From a virus: a DNA stretch of 64,000 nt. The notes beneath the pieces are model-generated. The model saw only the letters and a list, made by a program, of their open reading frames with translations. It was not told the DNA's origin and searched no databases. The DNA lies in IMG/VR virus record IMGVR_UViG_3300037193_002967, positions 1 through 64,000 of that record, one strand, 5' to 3'. Positions 50,426 through 59,904 of the stretch are shown here, one piece after another (position 1 is the first letter of the stretch; every line of letters starts with the position of its first letter). Made by a program: the position numbers and the translations under genes.

Positions 50426-50824
50426 ATGCCTGAATTAAATACCACGTTGGCGGTAAATTTTGATTTTGTAGTTAAGCAAAATCAAACGTTCAATCCGTTA
50501 CTTACTTTTTTGCATGATGATGATAGCCCAGTGGATTTTACTGGTACCACCATAAAATTGAGTGTTCGAGAAAAGGATGGTTGCGGTTGTAATCGCGGCT
50601 GTAGTCCACATGACACTAATTTTAACCAAGTTTATAAGCAGGATTTTGTTCCTAACATAACTGGATCAGGAGATAATGAGTTGCAATTTGATGATGTGAT
50701 TGAGTTGGCTCCTGGTAAATATGTTTATGACATGCTTGTTGTATGGCCAGATGGTGAGCAGCAATATTATTTAAAAGGGAAATTCAAGGTCGAAAAATCG
50801 TATACTGATGCAAATGACAATTGA
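50426..50824 (+). CDS. Putative baseplate/tail adaptor (BppU-like)
   Basis: 'PVDFTGTTIKLSVR...PGKYVYDM...YLKGKFKV'. Confidence 0.55.
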   Translation: MPELNTTLAVNFDFVVKQNQTFNPLLTFLHDDDSPVDFTGTTIKLSVREKDGCGCNRGCSPHDTNFNQVYKQDFVPNITGSGDNELQFDDVIELAPGKYVYDMLVVWPDGEQQYYLKGKFKVEKSYTDANDN

Positions 50825-50917
50825 ATTTAAAGGGGTTTCGGTTTCGTTTAATATTTTCACAACAACCGGTGGCAATATAGTTATTAAGTATATTAATCAA
50901 CCGATAATTAAAATATA

Positions 50918-52096
50918 ATGGCTTTTGTCAACAGAATTAGGTTGCCTTTTAAGATCACTCGACCTCAATATACAGAAGAAAGAGAGGTGTTTAGAAAGTC
51001 TAATGGGGTTACCATGGTTCTTAGTTCGGTTATAAGAAAACGTTATGAAGGTGAAACGGATTTTTGGCCTGATAAAATTCATGGCAGATTTAAGATTGCA
51101 CTTAGTCACGATAATGTTACTATTGAAGGAGAAAAATACGTTGGCGGGGTTGTTCAGGATGGAGATTACACAATCAATTGGCCAGATTTCTTGGACTACC
51201 CATTAGGAAAGGCAGAATTTTTTGTATTTGCAACTCCATTCGATGCCACAAATAGCAATTGTGGCGCATGTGAAGAATTCAGTCAAATTGTGGTTGAAGA
51301 TGATAATATAGGAGATGTTGAGGAATCAGAAAATCTTATAATTGACGTGTTAGCGAACGATAGCATTTGTTGCTCACCAGTTATAATTAGTATTGTTACA
51401 GCTAATAGTGAATATGTTGAAAGTATTTCCATAACAGAAGATAATGAAATACAAATCTTAATTAAAGATGAAGTTATAACTCAAAACAGTGTAATACTTG
51501 CCACTTATAGGGCGCAATGTGAAAATGGGATATATGATGAGGGGAATATTATTGCGAATGTAACAGGAAGCGGTGACGCTGGGTGTTTGGCACCATTGAA
51601 TGTTAATGCCGATTCAGTAAGTGATGATACAGCTTCAATAACTTGGACTGCGCCTGACCCGGCGCCTGCCTGCGGATATATATGGAATCTTTATTTAACT
51701 ACCGATCTCGGAACCCCTATTCAAAGCGGTACTACTACCGAAACAGAATTAGATTTAACTGGCCTTACGCAACGCAGGCAATATAGGATCGATATACAAA
51801 GCGATTGTTGTGATGGGAATGTAAGTAGCGTAGCCTTTGATACATTTACTACACTCCCAAGTGGTGGATTGGAGTCCTGCGGTAGTTATAGATTGTGTTA
51901 TGAGCAGGCGCTTCCGCCAGAAGACGAAGGTGTGGCGCGCGTAGAATATTTGAATTGTAATGGAGACTATGAAGTATTGGTGATCCCAAATCATCAATGC
52001 CGAGAAGTGTGTATGTTGCAAAGCGGACCAGGTATACCAGTATATGTTAATCCGGGTGATTATGTTGTTACCCCTCAATATTTAGGACTATGTTAA
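50918..52096 (+). CDS. Structural protein with Ig-like/fibronectin type III domain
   Basis: 'IDVLAND' Ig-like motif and 'APLNVNA.....ASITWTAP...LTGLT....Y' FN3 motif. Confidence 0.7.
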   Translation: MAFVNRIRLPFKITRPQYTEEREVFRKSNGVTMVLSSVIRKRYEGETDFWPDKIHGRFKIALSHDNVTIEGEKYVGGVVQDGDYTINWPDFLDYPLGKAEFFVFATPFDATNSNCGACEEFSQIVVEDDNIGDVEESENLIIDVLANDSICCSPVIISIVTANSEYVESISITEDNEIQILIKDEVITQNSVILATYRAQCENGIYDEGNIIANVTGSGDAGCLAPLNVNADSVSDDTASITWTAPDPAPACGYIWNLYLTTDLGTPIQSGTTTETELDLTGLTQRRQYRIDIQSDCCDGNVSSVAFDTFTTLPSGGLESCGSYRLCYEQALPPEDEGVARVEYLNCNGDYEVLVIPNHQCREVCMLQSGPGIPVYVNPGDYVVTPQYLGLC

Positions 52097-52959
52097 AACA
52101 AGGTGTTCTTATAATCGCTATTGGCCATCCTTATTACGGCCGAATGGCCTTTAATTTGGCAAAAACTATCAAGGCAGTAGACAAAAATATGTCAATACAA
52201 GTGGTAGTAAATGAATCTTCATTGAACCACATTAGCCATAAAGATTTGTGGGTATTTGATTATATAACTTATACTGATATAATAAATGGGTTTGAATGCA
52301 AGCTACACGCTGATAATTTATCCAAGTTTGAAAATACTCTTTTAATAGATGCTGATTGCGCATGGGTAAACTTATTAAGCCCATCTAACCTTTTTAATAC
52401 ATTAAGTGGATGCACATTTACTGGAATTACAGAGGGTTACTTTGATCCCAAGGTACCCCAGGCAAGCGAAGTACATCCAAAATATTATTTTTGGGCCGAT
52501 ATCGATGAGATTATTTCAAAATATGGGTTGACAAATATTATTTTTCAATGGCGGAGTGAATTTATTTATTTCGAAAAATGTGACTGGGTAAAAGTTATGT
52601 TTGATGTAGCCAGGGAGGTTTATCAAGATGCACCACAAAGGCTGAAAAGTATAAAATTATTTGCTCATCATGTGCCGGATGAACTTGCGTTAAACATAGC
52701 TGCAAGTACTTGTAATATACGGCCTCATAAATACAAATGGCAACCTAGTTTTTGGCATAGAATTAATCCGGGGTATTCTACAGTCGAACAGTTAATGTCT
52801 AAATATTATGTTCTTAGTTGTGGTAGCAACGTAACCGAAATGAATATAAAAAAGATTTACGACAGAATTGTTAAGGCTGCTAGTTATAAGTTAGGTATGC
52901 AACATATTTTCCCACTTATTTCCAAAAGAGAAATGATGCCTGCGCGTCAACAAATGTAA
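52090..52959 (+). CDS. GT-A fold glycosyltransferase-like protein
   Basis: 'GVLIIAIG..Y...A.NLA.TIK', 'LSKFENTLLIDAD' (DxD) and 'PDELALNIA'. Confidence 0.7.
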   Translation: MLKQGVLIIAIGHPYYGRMAFNLAKTIKAVDKNMSIQVVVNESSLNHISHKDLWVFDYITYTDIINGFECKLHADNLSKFENTLLIDADCAWVNLLSPSNLFNTLSGCTFTGITEGYFDPKVPQASEVHPKYYFWADIDEIISKYGLTNIIFQWRSEFIYFEKCDWVKVMFDVAREVYQDAPQRLKSIKLFAHHVPDELALNIAASTCNIRPHKYKWQPSFWHRINPGYSTVEQLMSKYYVLSCGSNVTEMNIKKIYDRIVKAASYKLGMQHIFPLISKREMMPARQQM

Positions 52960-52963
52960 ATGT

Positions 52964-54808
52964 ATGGCACAACAACCAATAGTATTGGATTATAGACAGT
53001 TGAAAGAATATTTTTTTGAGAATAAACATCACCTGTATTATTCTTTGTCAGTAGATAAGTACAAAGAATTTTTGCCGCATAGTGATGGTGAATACCCGAA
53101 GGATGTAATAGAGCGCCAGAGACCTAATGAACCAATGGCGGTAAAGGATTTCCGTAAAGAAATATGGGAACCAATTACTAAACCTAAGTTCACACAGATA
53201 GTAAGTAGCTTAGGAAAAATAAGGAGAAGTAGTGATTGGGCTATTAAATATCCAGAAGAGGCAAAAGAATTAACAAAGATATCAGAAGAAGAAACTTTAC
53301 AAAAATATTGTGAAGAAGAATTCCCTTATTTTAAATCTGTAACAAATTGGGTATTCAGTGTGTTGATGAAATTTTATCTTATTGATCCCAATGCGGTAAT
53401 GCTAGTAATGCCTTTAGAATCCAATGTTGATCCAACTGAATATATAAAACCATATCCGTATTTATTCAATTGCGAAGATGTATTTGATTTTGTTCCTGAG
53501 AAATACGCAGTTATTAGAAATCCATTAGGCAGCTCCTTATATAAGAATGGAAAAAGTTTTTATGTAGTAACGGAATCGGTTATTGAATTGTGGGAGCAGG
53601 TTAGTGCAAGAAATTTCGAAATCAGTGATCAATATTTTCATGGATTAGGGTTTATGCCAGCTTTTAAGCTGGGTGGAATAATAACAAAAAGTCATGGACA
53701 TAATTTTTTGTATGAAAGCCGGATCAGTGGAATATTGCCCAGCCTGAACGAAGCAATTGCAGAATATACAGATTTGCAAGCAGCAAAGCGATTACATATA
53801 TATCCTGAGCGATGGGAGTTTAGTCAAAACCAATGCACCACCTGTAAAGGCGCAGGCACTATTAGGAATTCATCTTATACAGCAGGCAGTGGTTTTGATC
53901 CTATTGTTCGTTGTAATGATTGTGGAGGATTGGGGGTAAATATTAATAGTGGCCCTTATAGTAAGGTTATCGTTAAACCTACTGACGCGGGCATGGCGGC
54001 AATACCTACACCACCGGCTGGTTTTATTGAAAAAGATGTAGAGATCGTAAAGATAATGGATGAAAGCTGGCGTAAACATATTTATGATGGTCTTGCCTCA
54101 ATTAATTTTCAATTCCTTGATAAATCACCTTTAAATCAAAGTGGATTAGCTAAAGAAGTAGACAAAGAAGAGTTAAATAACACTGTTCATTTGATTGCCG
54201 AGGATATTGTAGCAGTAATGGACAAGTTTTATAAATCAACCGCTCATTACCGTTATAAAGATTTATATTCTTCTGAGGAAATAGATACTATGCTACCGTC
54301 TATTCCTGTTCCTGATCATTTTGATTTATTAAGTAGTCAATTTATGCAAGAAGAAGTGGCGAAAGCTAAGACTTCTAAATTACATCCAACTATTGTAAGT
54401 GCAATGGAGATAGAATATACTGGGAAACGATTTATTAATGAACCGGAAGTTAAGGACAGGCTGGAACTAATTTTAAGACTTGATCCGTTACCAAATATTA
54501 CAGAAGAAGAAAAAATGACAAGATTGAGCAATAAGGGCATTACTCAACTTAATTATATCATTAGCAGCAATATTCAATCTTTTGTACAACGGGCTATCGA
54601 TGAAATACCTGATTTTGCTTCCAAATCATTACCAGAACAAATAAAGGTTATGGAAAAATATGCGCAAGCTCAAATTGATGCTGCTAAGGCAGAGGTGGAA
54701 GAAATGATGCAAAGACAGATTGAATTAATAGGCAATCAACCACCTGAAACTGGTGATCCTAGTGAAGAAGATGAAGAAGAGCCAGTATTAGAACCTGAAA
54801 ATGTATAA
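52964..54808 (+). CDS. Portal protein with inserted DnaJ-type Zn finger
   Basis: 614 aa; 'QSGLAKEVD' portal motif; followed by the minor head gene; CTTCKGAG...CNDCGGLG insertion. Confidence 0.8.
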   Translation: MAQQPIVLDYRQLKEYFFENKHHLYYSLSVDKYKEFLPHSDGEYPKDVIERQRPNEPMAVKDFRKEIWEPITKPKFTQIVSSLGKIRRSSDWAIKYPEEAKELTKISEEETLQKYCEEEFPYFKSVTNWVFSVLMKFYLIDPNAVMLVMPLESNVDPTEYIKPYPYLFNCEDVFDFVPEKYAVIRNPLGSSLYKNGKSFYVVTESVIELWEQVSARNFEISDQYFHGLGFMPAFKLGGIITKSHGHNFLYESRISGILPSLNEAIAEYTDLQAAKRLHIYPERWEFSQNQCTTCKGAGTIRNSSYTAGSGFDPIVRCNDCGGLGVNINSGPYSKVIVKPTDAGMAAIPTPPAGFIEKDVEIVKIMDESWRKHIYDGLASINFQFLDKSPLNQSGLAKEVDKEELNNTVHLIAEDIVAVMDKFYKSTAHYRYKDLYSSEEIDTMLPSIPVPDHFDLLSSQFMQEEVAKAKTSKLHPTIVSAMEIEYTGKRFINEPEVKDRLELILRLDPLPNITEEEKMTRLSNKGITQLNYIISSNIQSFVQRAIDEIPDFASKSLPEQIKVMEKYAQAQIDAAKAEVEEMMQRQIELIGNQPPETGDPSEEDEEEPVLEPENV

Positions 54809-55773
54809 TGGCCAGTTTTAAAGCTATAATAGATCGTATTGATGATGCAATTGCTACGTTTGCAGAAAAAATTCCAGCTTCGCAGCGGGACATGTTATAT
54901 GCTATTGATGAAGAGTTGGCAAGGTTAGATTTGTTAAATGGGAAAATAAAACCTACGGTAGCAAATCTAAAGATTGTTAATAGTATAAAAAATAAGCTCC
55001 TTCGTGTGATCCTTACCGATGAGTATAAATCTCAGGTAAAAGATTTTATACAATCTTTTAGGGATATTACTACTCTTCATAATCAATACTGGCGAAGTAT
55101 TGAAAAAAAGTTCAAGCCTAGTAGCATTCTTAAAGAGGTAAAGAAAGTAGCTATTTCTGATACCATTGAAAAGCTTACTGAGAATGGAATAAATGTAAGT
55201 GTAGCAGGTCCTGTAGCAGATATCCTAAATCAAAATATCACACAGGGCGGCAGTATGAAAGACTTGAGGGATGGCTTAAGAACTATGTTAACCGATGCAG
55301 GCGATACCCCAGGACTATTAAAAAAATATGCCACGCAAATTACGACGGATAGTATCAATCAGTATAGTCGAAATTATACTCAAATCGTCACCAGTGATTT
55401 GGGTCTTGAATGGTTTGGATATAGGAATACCTTAATTAAGACAAGTAGGCCGTTTTGTATTGCTATGGTAGAGCGACGATATTTCCATGTCAGTGAAATA
55501 CCTGCCTTACTTAAAGCAACTGATCTAACTTACTTAAATCAAAAAACTGGCAAGAGGGAAAAGGTTAAATTAAATCCAAAGACAAAACTTCCGGATGGAA
55601 TGTATGCAACAACCAATGTAGCCAACTTTCTTACTCTTCTAGGTGGGTATAATTGTGGTCATCAGGCGGGGCCGGTAAGTGAAACCCTGGTAAAAATGCA
55701 GGACCCGGCTCTTTATAATAAGGTAATATCCAGTAATTCATATAAAGCGTGGAAAAGAGTTAACGCGGTATGA
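54808..55773 (+). CDS. Minor head/morphogenesis protein
   Basis: 'SRPFC...GGYNCGH' C-terminal motif; coupled to the portal gene. Confidence 0.7.
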   Translation: MASFKAIIDRIDDAIATFAEKIPASQRDMLYAIDEELARLDLLNGKIKPTVANLKIVNSIKNKLLRVILTDEYKSQVKDFIQSFRDITTLHNQYWRSIEKKFKPSSILKEVKKVAISDTIEKLTENGINVSVAGPVADILNQNITQGGSMKDLRDGLRTMLTDAGDTPGLLKKYATQITTDSINQYSRNYTQIVTSDLGLEWFGYRNTLIKTSRPFCIAMVERRYFHVSEIPALLKATDLTYLNQKTGKREKVKLNPKTKLPDGMYATTNVANFLTLLGGYNCGHQAGPVSETLVKMQDPALYNKVISSNSYKAWKRVNAV

Positions 55774-55801
55774 TTTTTATATCAAAAAATATAATAAATT
55801 T

Positions 55802-56317
55802 ATGGCTCTTCACAATGTTAACATAAACTTGTGCCCACCAGGGGCGCACGAAGGTTTCGAAACTCTTAACAAAAAAATTGATCAACTTATTATGAGCTTA
55901 CAAACTTTAGCTAAAGAAGTTACCGACCTGAGGGCGCAGGTAACTGATTTGCAGACGACAATTGACACAGAACAGGATCAGATCAGAACCACGATTGACA
56001 CCCTTAATACGAACATCGTAGCTTTGAATGGCACTATTCAGCAATTACAGGACCAGTTAGCTAATGGTGCCACTCCTGAGCAATTGGACGCACTGCAAGC
56101 TGATATTATTGATGTACGTAATAATCTCACTACAGCAAAAGAAGATTTGGCGGGCACCATTCCCGATGCTCCACAGGAGCCAGGTAATGGCGAAGGAACA
56201 AATGGCGGCGAGACTACTGGTGGGCAAACACCTACTACTGAACCTGCTACAGGCGAAGGTACTCCCGGTGGGGTAACTGGTAACCAAGGAACCAATACGC
56301 CATCAACTAATTTATAG
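55802..56317 (+). CDS. Coiled-coil protein with G/T/P-rich tail
   Basis: Heptad repeats followed by a low-complexity tail. Confidence 0.55.
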   Translation: MALHNVNINLCPPGAHEGFETLNKKIDQLIMSLQTLAKEVTDLRAQVTDLQTTIDTEQDQIRTTIDTLNTNIVALNGTIQQLQDQLANGATPEQLDALQADIIDVRNNLTTAKEDLAGTIPDAPQEPGNGEGTNGGETTGGQTPTTEPATGEGTPGGVTGNQGTNTPSTNL

Positions 56318-56348
56318 TAGTTCTTTTGAGTCTAATCCCTTGATGCAA

Positions 56349-56375
56349 AAAAGGCTACCTTATTGGTAGCCTTTT
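56349..56375. terminator. Bidirectional terminator
   Basis: AAAAGGCTACC-TTATT-GGTAGCCTTTT between convergent genes. Confidence 0.75.
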
Positions 56376-56413
56376 GTTATAACTGCATATGAAACTAGAA
56401 AAGAGCCACACTG

Positions 56414-56719
56414 TCAATATTTTTTTAGTTCAATATTCAGGCTGTCTATTTTATATTGATAGCCCCAAATTTTGCTTTTGATCCGCATTCTTTCATTAAC
56501 ATTAATAGCCTGGGGGCTCATGATCTCACCAGTTTTGGCATAAGCGAATGTAGGAGCATGTTCCACCAATACCAGTGCGGCCTTTTGACGGCCAATGCTG
56601 TCTTTATAATTTTCAATCAATTGTGTGATTCTGGATTTTTTATTACCCCTATTTATATTAATAATAAAATACGTCAAAAGCAAACCAAGGAAAATAAAAA
56701 TAATTACAAAATATTTCAT
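56414..56719 (-). CDS. Membrane-anchored hypothetical protein
   Basis: N-terminal hydrophobic segment from ATG 56719. Confidence 0.5.
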   Translation of the reverse strand: MKYFVIIFIFLGLLLTYFIININRGNKKSRITQLIENYKDSIGRQKAALVLVEHAPTFAYAKTGEIMSPQAINVNERMRIKSKIWGYQYKIDSLNIELKKY

Positions 56720-56917
56720 CTTAAATAAGTTTAGTTTTAAAAAGCCGCCCCGCATGACCAGGGCGGCAAAAGCAGAAAACATGACGAAACTTACATAGAA
56801 AATACACCAACTATGTAACAGAATTAATACTAAATGGTAACAATCAAAAAGCGTACGGGGTGATCTTACAAGAATCGAAGTAACGCCTCTCTACGACACA
56901 TTCAGTATTAAATATTA

Positions 56918-57280
56918 TTATAAAGAGCTTTGTTTTGATTCTTTTAGAAATTTAGTATAAAGTCTTCCCTTCTGCGTTAAATTGAATCTACAGGAAAATG
57001 GATCAGTTAAGATCATTCTTCCGTCTATTTCAATCCTGCCTAACATGAGACTTTCGTAAAGCTGCGTAAATACCAGAAATGTCTCAGCAATATCTGCTGC
57101 TTCGTCATCATTTTCTATATTCCAAAATGACTCACCAGTTTCCATTTGGTAGACAGTATCTACATAATTTATAATCAAATCCTCACTTATTGGGTTCCAG
57201 TTCTTTTTCCTAGAAATATTTACCAATCTACCAAATTCCTTGGTAGTCATATTTTCAAAGAAGTTTTGTAAATCTCCCAT
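56918..57280 (-). CDS. Hypothetical protein
   Basis: ORF. Confidence 0.5.
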   Translation of the reverse strand: MGDLQNFFENMTTKEFGRLVNISRKKNWNPISEDLIINYVDTVYQMETGESFWNIENDDEAADIAETFLVFTQLYESLMLGRIEIDGRMILTDPFSCRFNLTQKGRLYTKFLKESKQSSL

Positions 57281-57351
57281 ACCGTGAGCTTTTAAAGAAA
57301 GGCCCACCAACTAAGGGCCTTTCTGATGAATAAAACCACTATATGAAACAG

Positions 57352-57422
57352 TACACAGTATGGGAATCGAACCCATTACATTGACGTGAAAGGCCAACCG
57401 CTCACCAATTGCGTTACTGTGC
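57352..57422 (-). tRNA. tRNA-Glu(TTC)
   Basis: Acceptor GCACAGT/ACTGTGT; anticodon arm TTGGC-CTTTCAC-GTCAA; T arm ATGGG-TTCGATT-CCCAT; no encoded CCA. Confidence 0.85.
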
Positions 57423-57479
57423 TTGTACCAGCATAGAAATGCCGGGTACGTTAAATTCCAAAATCCTATGAAAAACCAG

Positions 57480-57583
57480 TGACCGGCAGCGGATTCGAAC
57501 CACATAACTAACGCAGAAGCTGCGCTTTACCTGATACTGATATTGTAAATATACCGCTAAGTATATTACTCACAGCGCCGGTC
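57480..57583 (-). ncRNA. tRNA-like RNA with non-canonical D and anticodon region
   Basis: Perfect acceptor GACCGGC/GCCGGTC and GG-TTCGAAT-CC T loop; extra internal hairpins; no 7-nt anticodon loop. Confidence 0.6.
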
Positions 57584-57663
57584 ATTTGCCCGCCGTATCG
57601 TGCGGGCGCGTAACGCGATTATGAGATTTTACACTGTATAGATGGTCGGTAAAATTAATTTAC

Positions 57664-59088
57664 TTAAGCATGCACATTCTTGCCTTCTTCGGTTTCCCAT
57701 ACACCTTGCGCAATCCTTTGTCCGAGCAATTCGCCAAATAATTTCACAAATTGTTCAGCCTTATTGGGCTTATCAACCTGATCATTCATCAAAGCAATCT
57801 GGTAAGACATGCTGTGAATGCATGATTCAACGATATCATCTGTAATAGTGCCTTGTTTCTTTGCCAATTTAACAGCGCGCTGTGCAATTTCAGCTACTAC
57901 GGCACCCTGTACATCGGGTGTCTTTTTAGCAAGCGTGGCATAATCAAGCATCGCTTCGCCCTTCAGGCCCTTGAAATATACCTGGTAGATTTGTGAACGC
58001 ACTTCTTCGTCAGGGTTCTCAAATTTGATCATTACATCAATCCTTCCAGGGCGGCGCAAAGCAGTATTGATCTTTTCGGGGTGGTTTGTGGTGAAGATGA
58101 CAGTCAGGTCATTTCCTTTAGTTTGAACACCATCCAAGGTATTCAAAATTTTATTCATGCTGCTATCCCGCTGTTCACCAGAAGCAATTTCGTCCACATC
58201 TTCCAAGAAAATGATGCATGGCTGGTATTTTTTACACTGGTTCAACAGAATATCAAAAGCTTTTGCATCTTTCAGATAAAAGAATGACATGCCATGATTT
58301 TCAACAGCGGCGCGGCCAACGCGCATAGCGGTTTCGGTTTTACCAGTACCATAGCCACCTGCAAAGAGGTAGCAGCGTTTTCCAGATTCTCCCAGGCTGT
58401 CAATGATGAAAGTGTCAACCACCAATTGTTCCCGTTTGTTCAGAACAATTTTTTCGCTGCCTTTGTTTTCAATGATCTCAAAGGCAAGGTTATTACCATT
58501 TTTAGTAACAACAATACTTTTCCCCCGGTAAATACTGGCGGTTTCCAGTTGTTCGCGTATAAGGTTGAAATAGTTGGTAATGGGGTCGCTGAATTTCCGC
58601 TTTGCTTGGATTGAAATATGCACGGTACCATCATCTGCAATTCCAATTCTCGCTACGGCCTTTTCCCAACAGGTAATTTGGAAGTCACCATAAAAAGCAC
58701 GTTCGTTTACCTTCTTGCCTTTTTTGATATCTACCACGATATCAATTTCTCTCGGACTGCCAGTAAACCAGTTTTCTTTTCCATTCATCCATCCAAATTC
58801 ACGTTCTGTAACACGGCGAACGGCTACCAAAACATCCTGCCAGTTCCAGCCTTCAAAGGCGCTGGAAAAATTGTTTTCGGACTCTTCATTTTTCCACTGT
58901 GCCTCTAATTCCTTAGCAGCTACACGCTTGTCCATGCCTTTAGGGAGCAGGATTTTTTTCACCTCATCCGAATATTCGGTAGGTGTTGCGATTTCTTTTA
59001 CGTTATCCGGAAGGTCTACGCCCATGGCTTTTAAGAGAGCGGCTACAGGTCCTTCAATTTGTACTTCGCGTTGAAGCAATTTAGACAT
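57664..59088 (-). CDS. AAA+ ATPase
   Basis: GGYGTGKT, IIFLEDVD, FTTNHPEKIN.AL.RPGRID. Confidence 0.9.
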   Translation of the reverse strand: MSKLLQREVQIEGPVAALLKAMGVDLPDNVKEIATPTEYSDEVKKILLPKGMDKRVAAKELEAQWKNEESENNFSSAFEGWNWQDVLVAVRRVTEREFGWMNGKENWFTGSPREIDIVVDIKKGKKVNERAFYGDFQITCWEKAVARIGIADDGTVHISIQAKRKFSDPITNYFNLIREQLETASIYRGKSIVVTKNGNNLAFEIIENKGSEKIVLNKREQLVVDTFIIDSLGESGKRCYLFAGGYGTGKTETAMRVGRAAVENHGMSFFYLKDAKAFDILLNQCKKYQPCIIFLEDVDEIASGEQRDSSMNKILNTLDGVQTKGNDLTVIFTTNHPEKINTALRRPGRIDVMIKFENPDEEVRSQIYQVYFKGLKGEAMLDYATLAKKTPDVQGAVVAEIAQRAVKLAKKQGTITDDIVESCIHSMSYQIALMNDQVDKPNKAEQFVKLFGELLGQRIAQGVWETEEGKNVHA

Positions 59089-59125
59089 GCTTTTTTGTTT
59101 TTGAGTTATAAAATCCCTTAGTTAG

Positions 59126-59195
59126 TTGCGTGGGTTGGAGTCGAACCAAACTTCAGGGTTATGAGCCCCGTGTGCTACCGTTACACCACCCCGCC
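59126..59195 (-). tRNA. tRNA-Met(CAT), initiator-like
   Basis: Anticodon arm CGGGG-CTCATAA-CCCTG with three G-C pairs, 1:72 mismatch and GG-TTCGACT-CC T loop; one extra acceptor mismatch. Confidence 0.75.
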
Positions 59196-59308
59196 ATGAG
59201 CAACTTTTGAATAGAGTTGCCAACTATTAGCGTTGCATTTGTTTTGTTCGCTGCGACTTTTAGACCCCAGCAAACTGGTTGAACCACACAATCTACCCAA
59301 CCTCTTTA

Positions 59309-59509
59309 TTACCAAAAAGGATCACCCGGTACGTATGGAAAATCAACTCCCAAATTCCTGCCCGTGCGGTAAGCCTCTTCAGAATGGCCAGGATGCCTTT
59401 TTTTCATATCTTCTATTTCTTCATCATTATAGTAGCCGCCATCTCTAAGATCGTCACAATTACATTTATCGAGTGGCTGACCGCAGGAAGAGCAATAAGA
59501 TGGGGTCAT
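59309..59509 (-). CDS. Small Cys-rich hypothetical protein
   Basis: CSSCGQPLDKCNC. Confidence 0.45.
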   Translation of the reverse strand: MTPSYCSSCGQPLDKCNCDDLRDGGYYNDEEIEDMKKRHPGHSEEAYRTGRNLGVDFPYVPGDPFW

Positions 59510-59637
59510 AAAACGTAATTTAAAAAGTTTTTAAAAATGGGCCCAGCGTAAAAACGCCGGGCGCGTTAAATGACTGATTGGCGTTTGTCAACGATTGAAC
59601 ACTAATCAATGTTAATTAACCATTAAACCTTATCCTG

Positions 59638-59788
59638 TGAAAGCGAATGGATTCGAACCATCAATACAAATGCGTGGAAGCCGCACTCATATTTTTAGGG
59701 AACTATCGTTGGGATTCCACCCCCTATTTTCGCTCCTTTTTTAGCCGACCCTAACGGTCGCTGCGTTTACCAATTCTGCTACACTTTC
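59638..59788 (-). ncRNA. tRNA-like RNA with a roughly 100-nt structured insert replacing the anticodon arm
   Basis: Acceptor GAAAGTG/CGCTTTC; D arm GCAGAATTGGTAAACGC; T arm GATGG-TTCGAAT-CCATT. Confidence 0.65.
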
Positions 59789-59796
59789 GTTAAACT

Positions 59797-59888
59797 TTAT
59801 TTAAGTTGCAGTTTCACAAGATTAGTGGGATTCTCGCCCGTTCCTGAATTTAATCATACCGATCTTGGCTTAAACGCAACTTAAATAA
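59797..59888 (-). ncRNA. Structured RNA closed by a long terminal stem
   Basis: TTATTTAAGTTGC...GCAACTTAAATAA plus inner CAAGAT/ATCTTG; strand inferred from neighbours. Confidence 0.5.
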
Positions 59889-59904
59889 ATTAAGTTATTT
59901 TAAA

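Noticed and set aside
59638-59788. tmRNA or intron-containing tRNA
   Set aside because: Only 151 nt, no G3-U70 alanine determinant or tag ORF, and too short for a group I intron.
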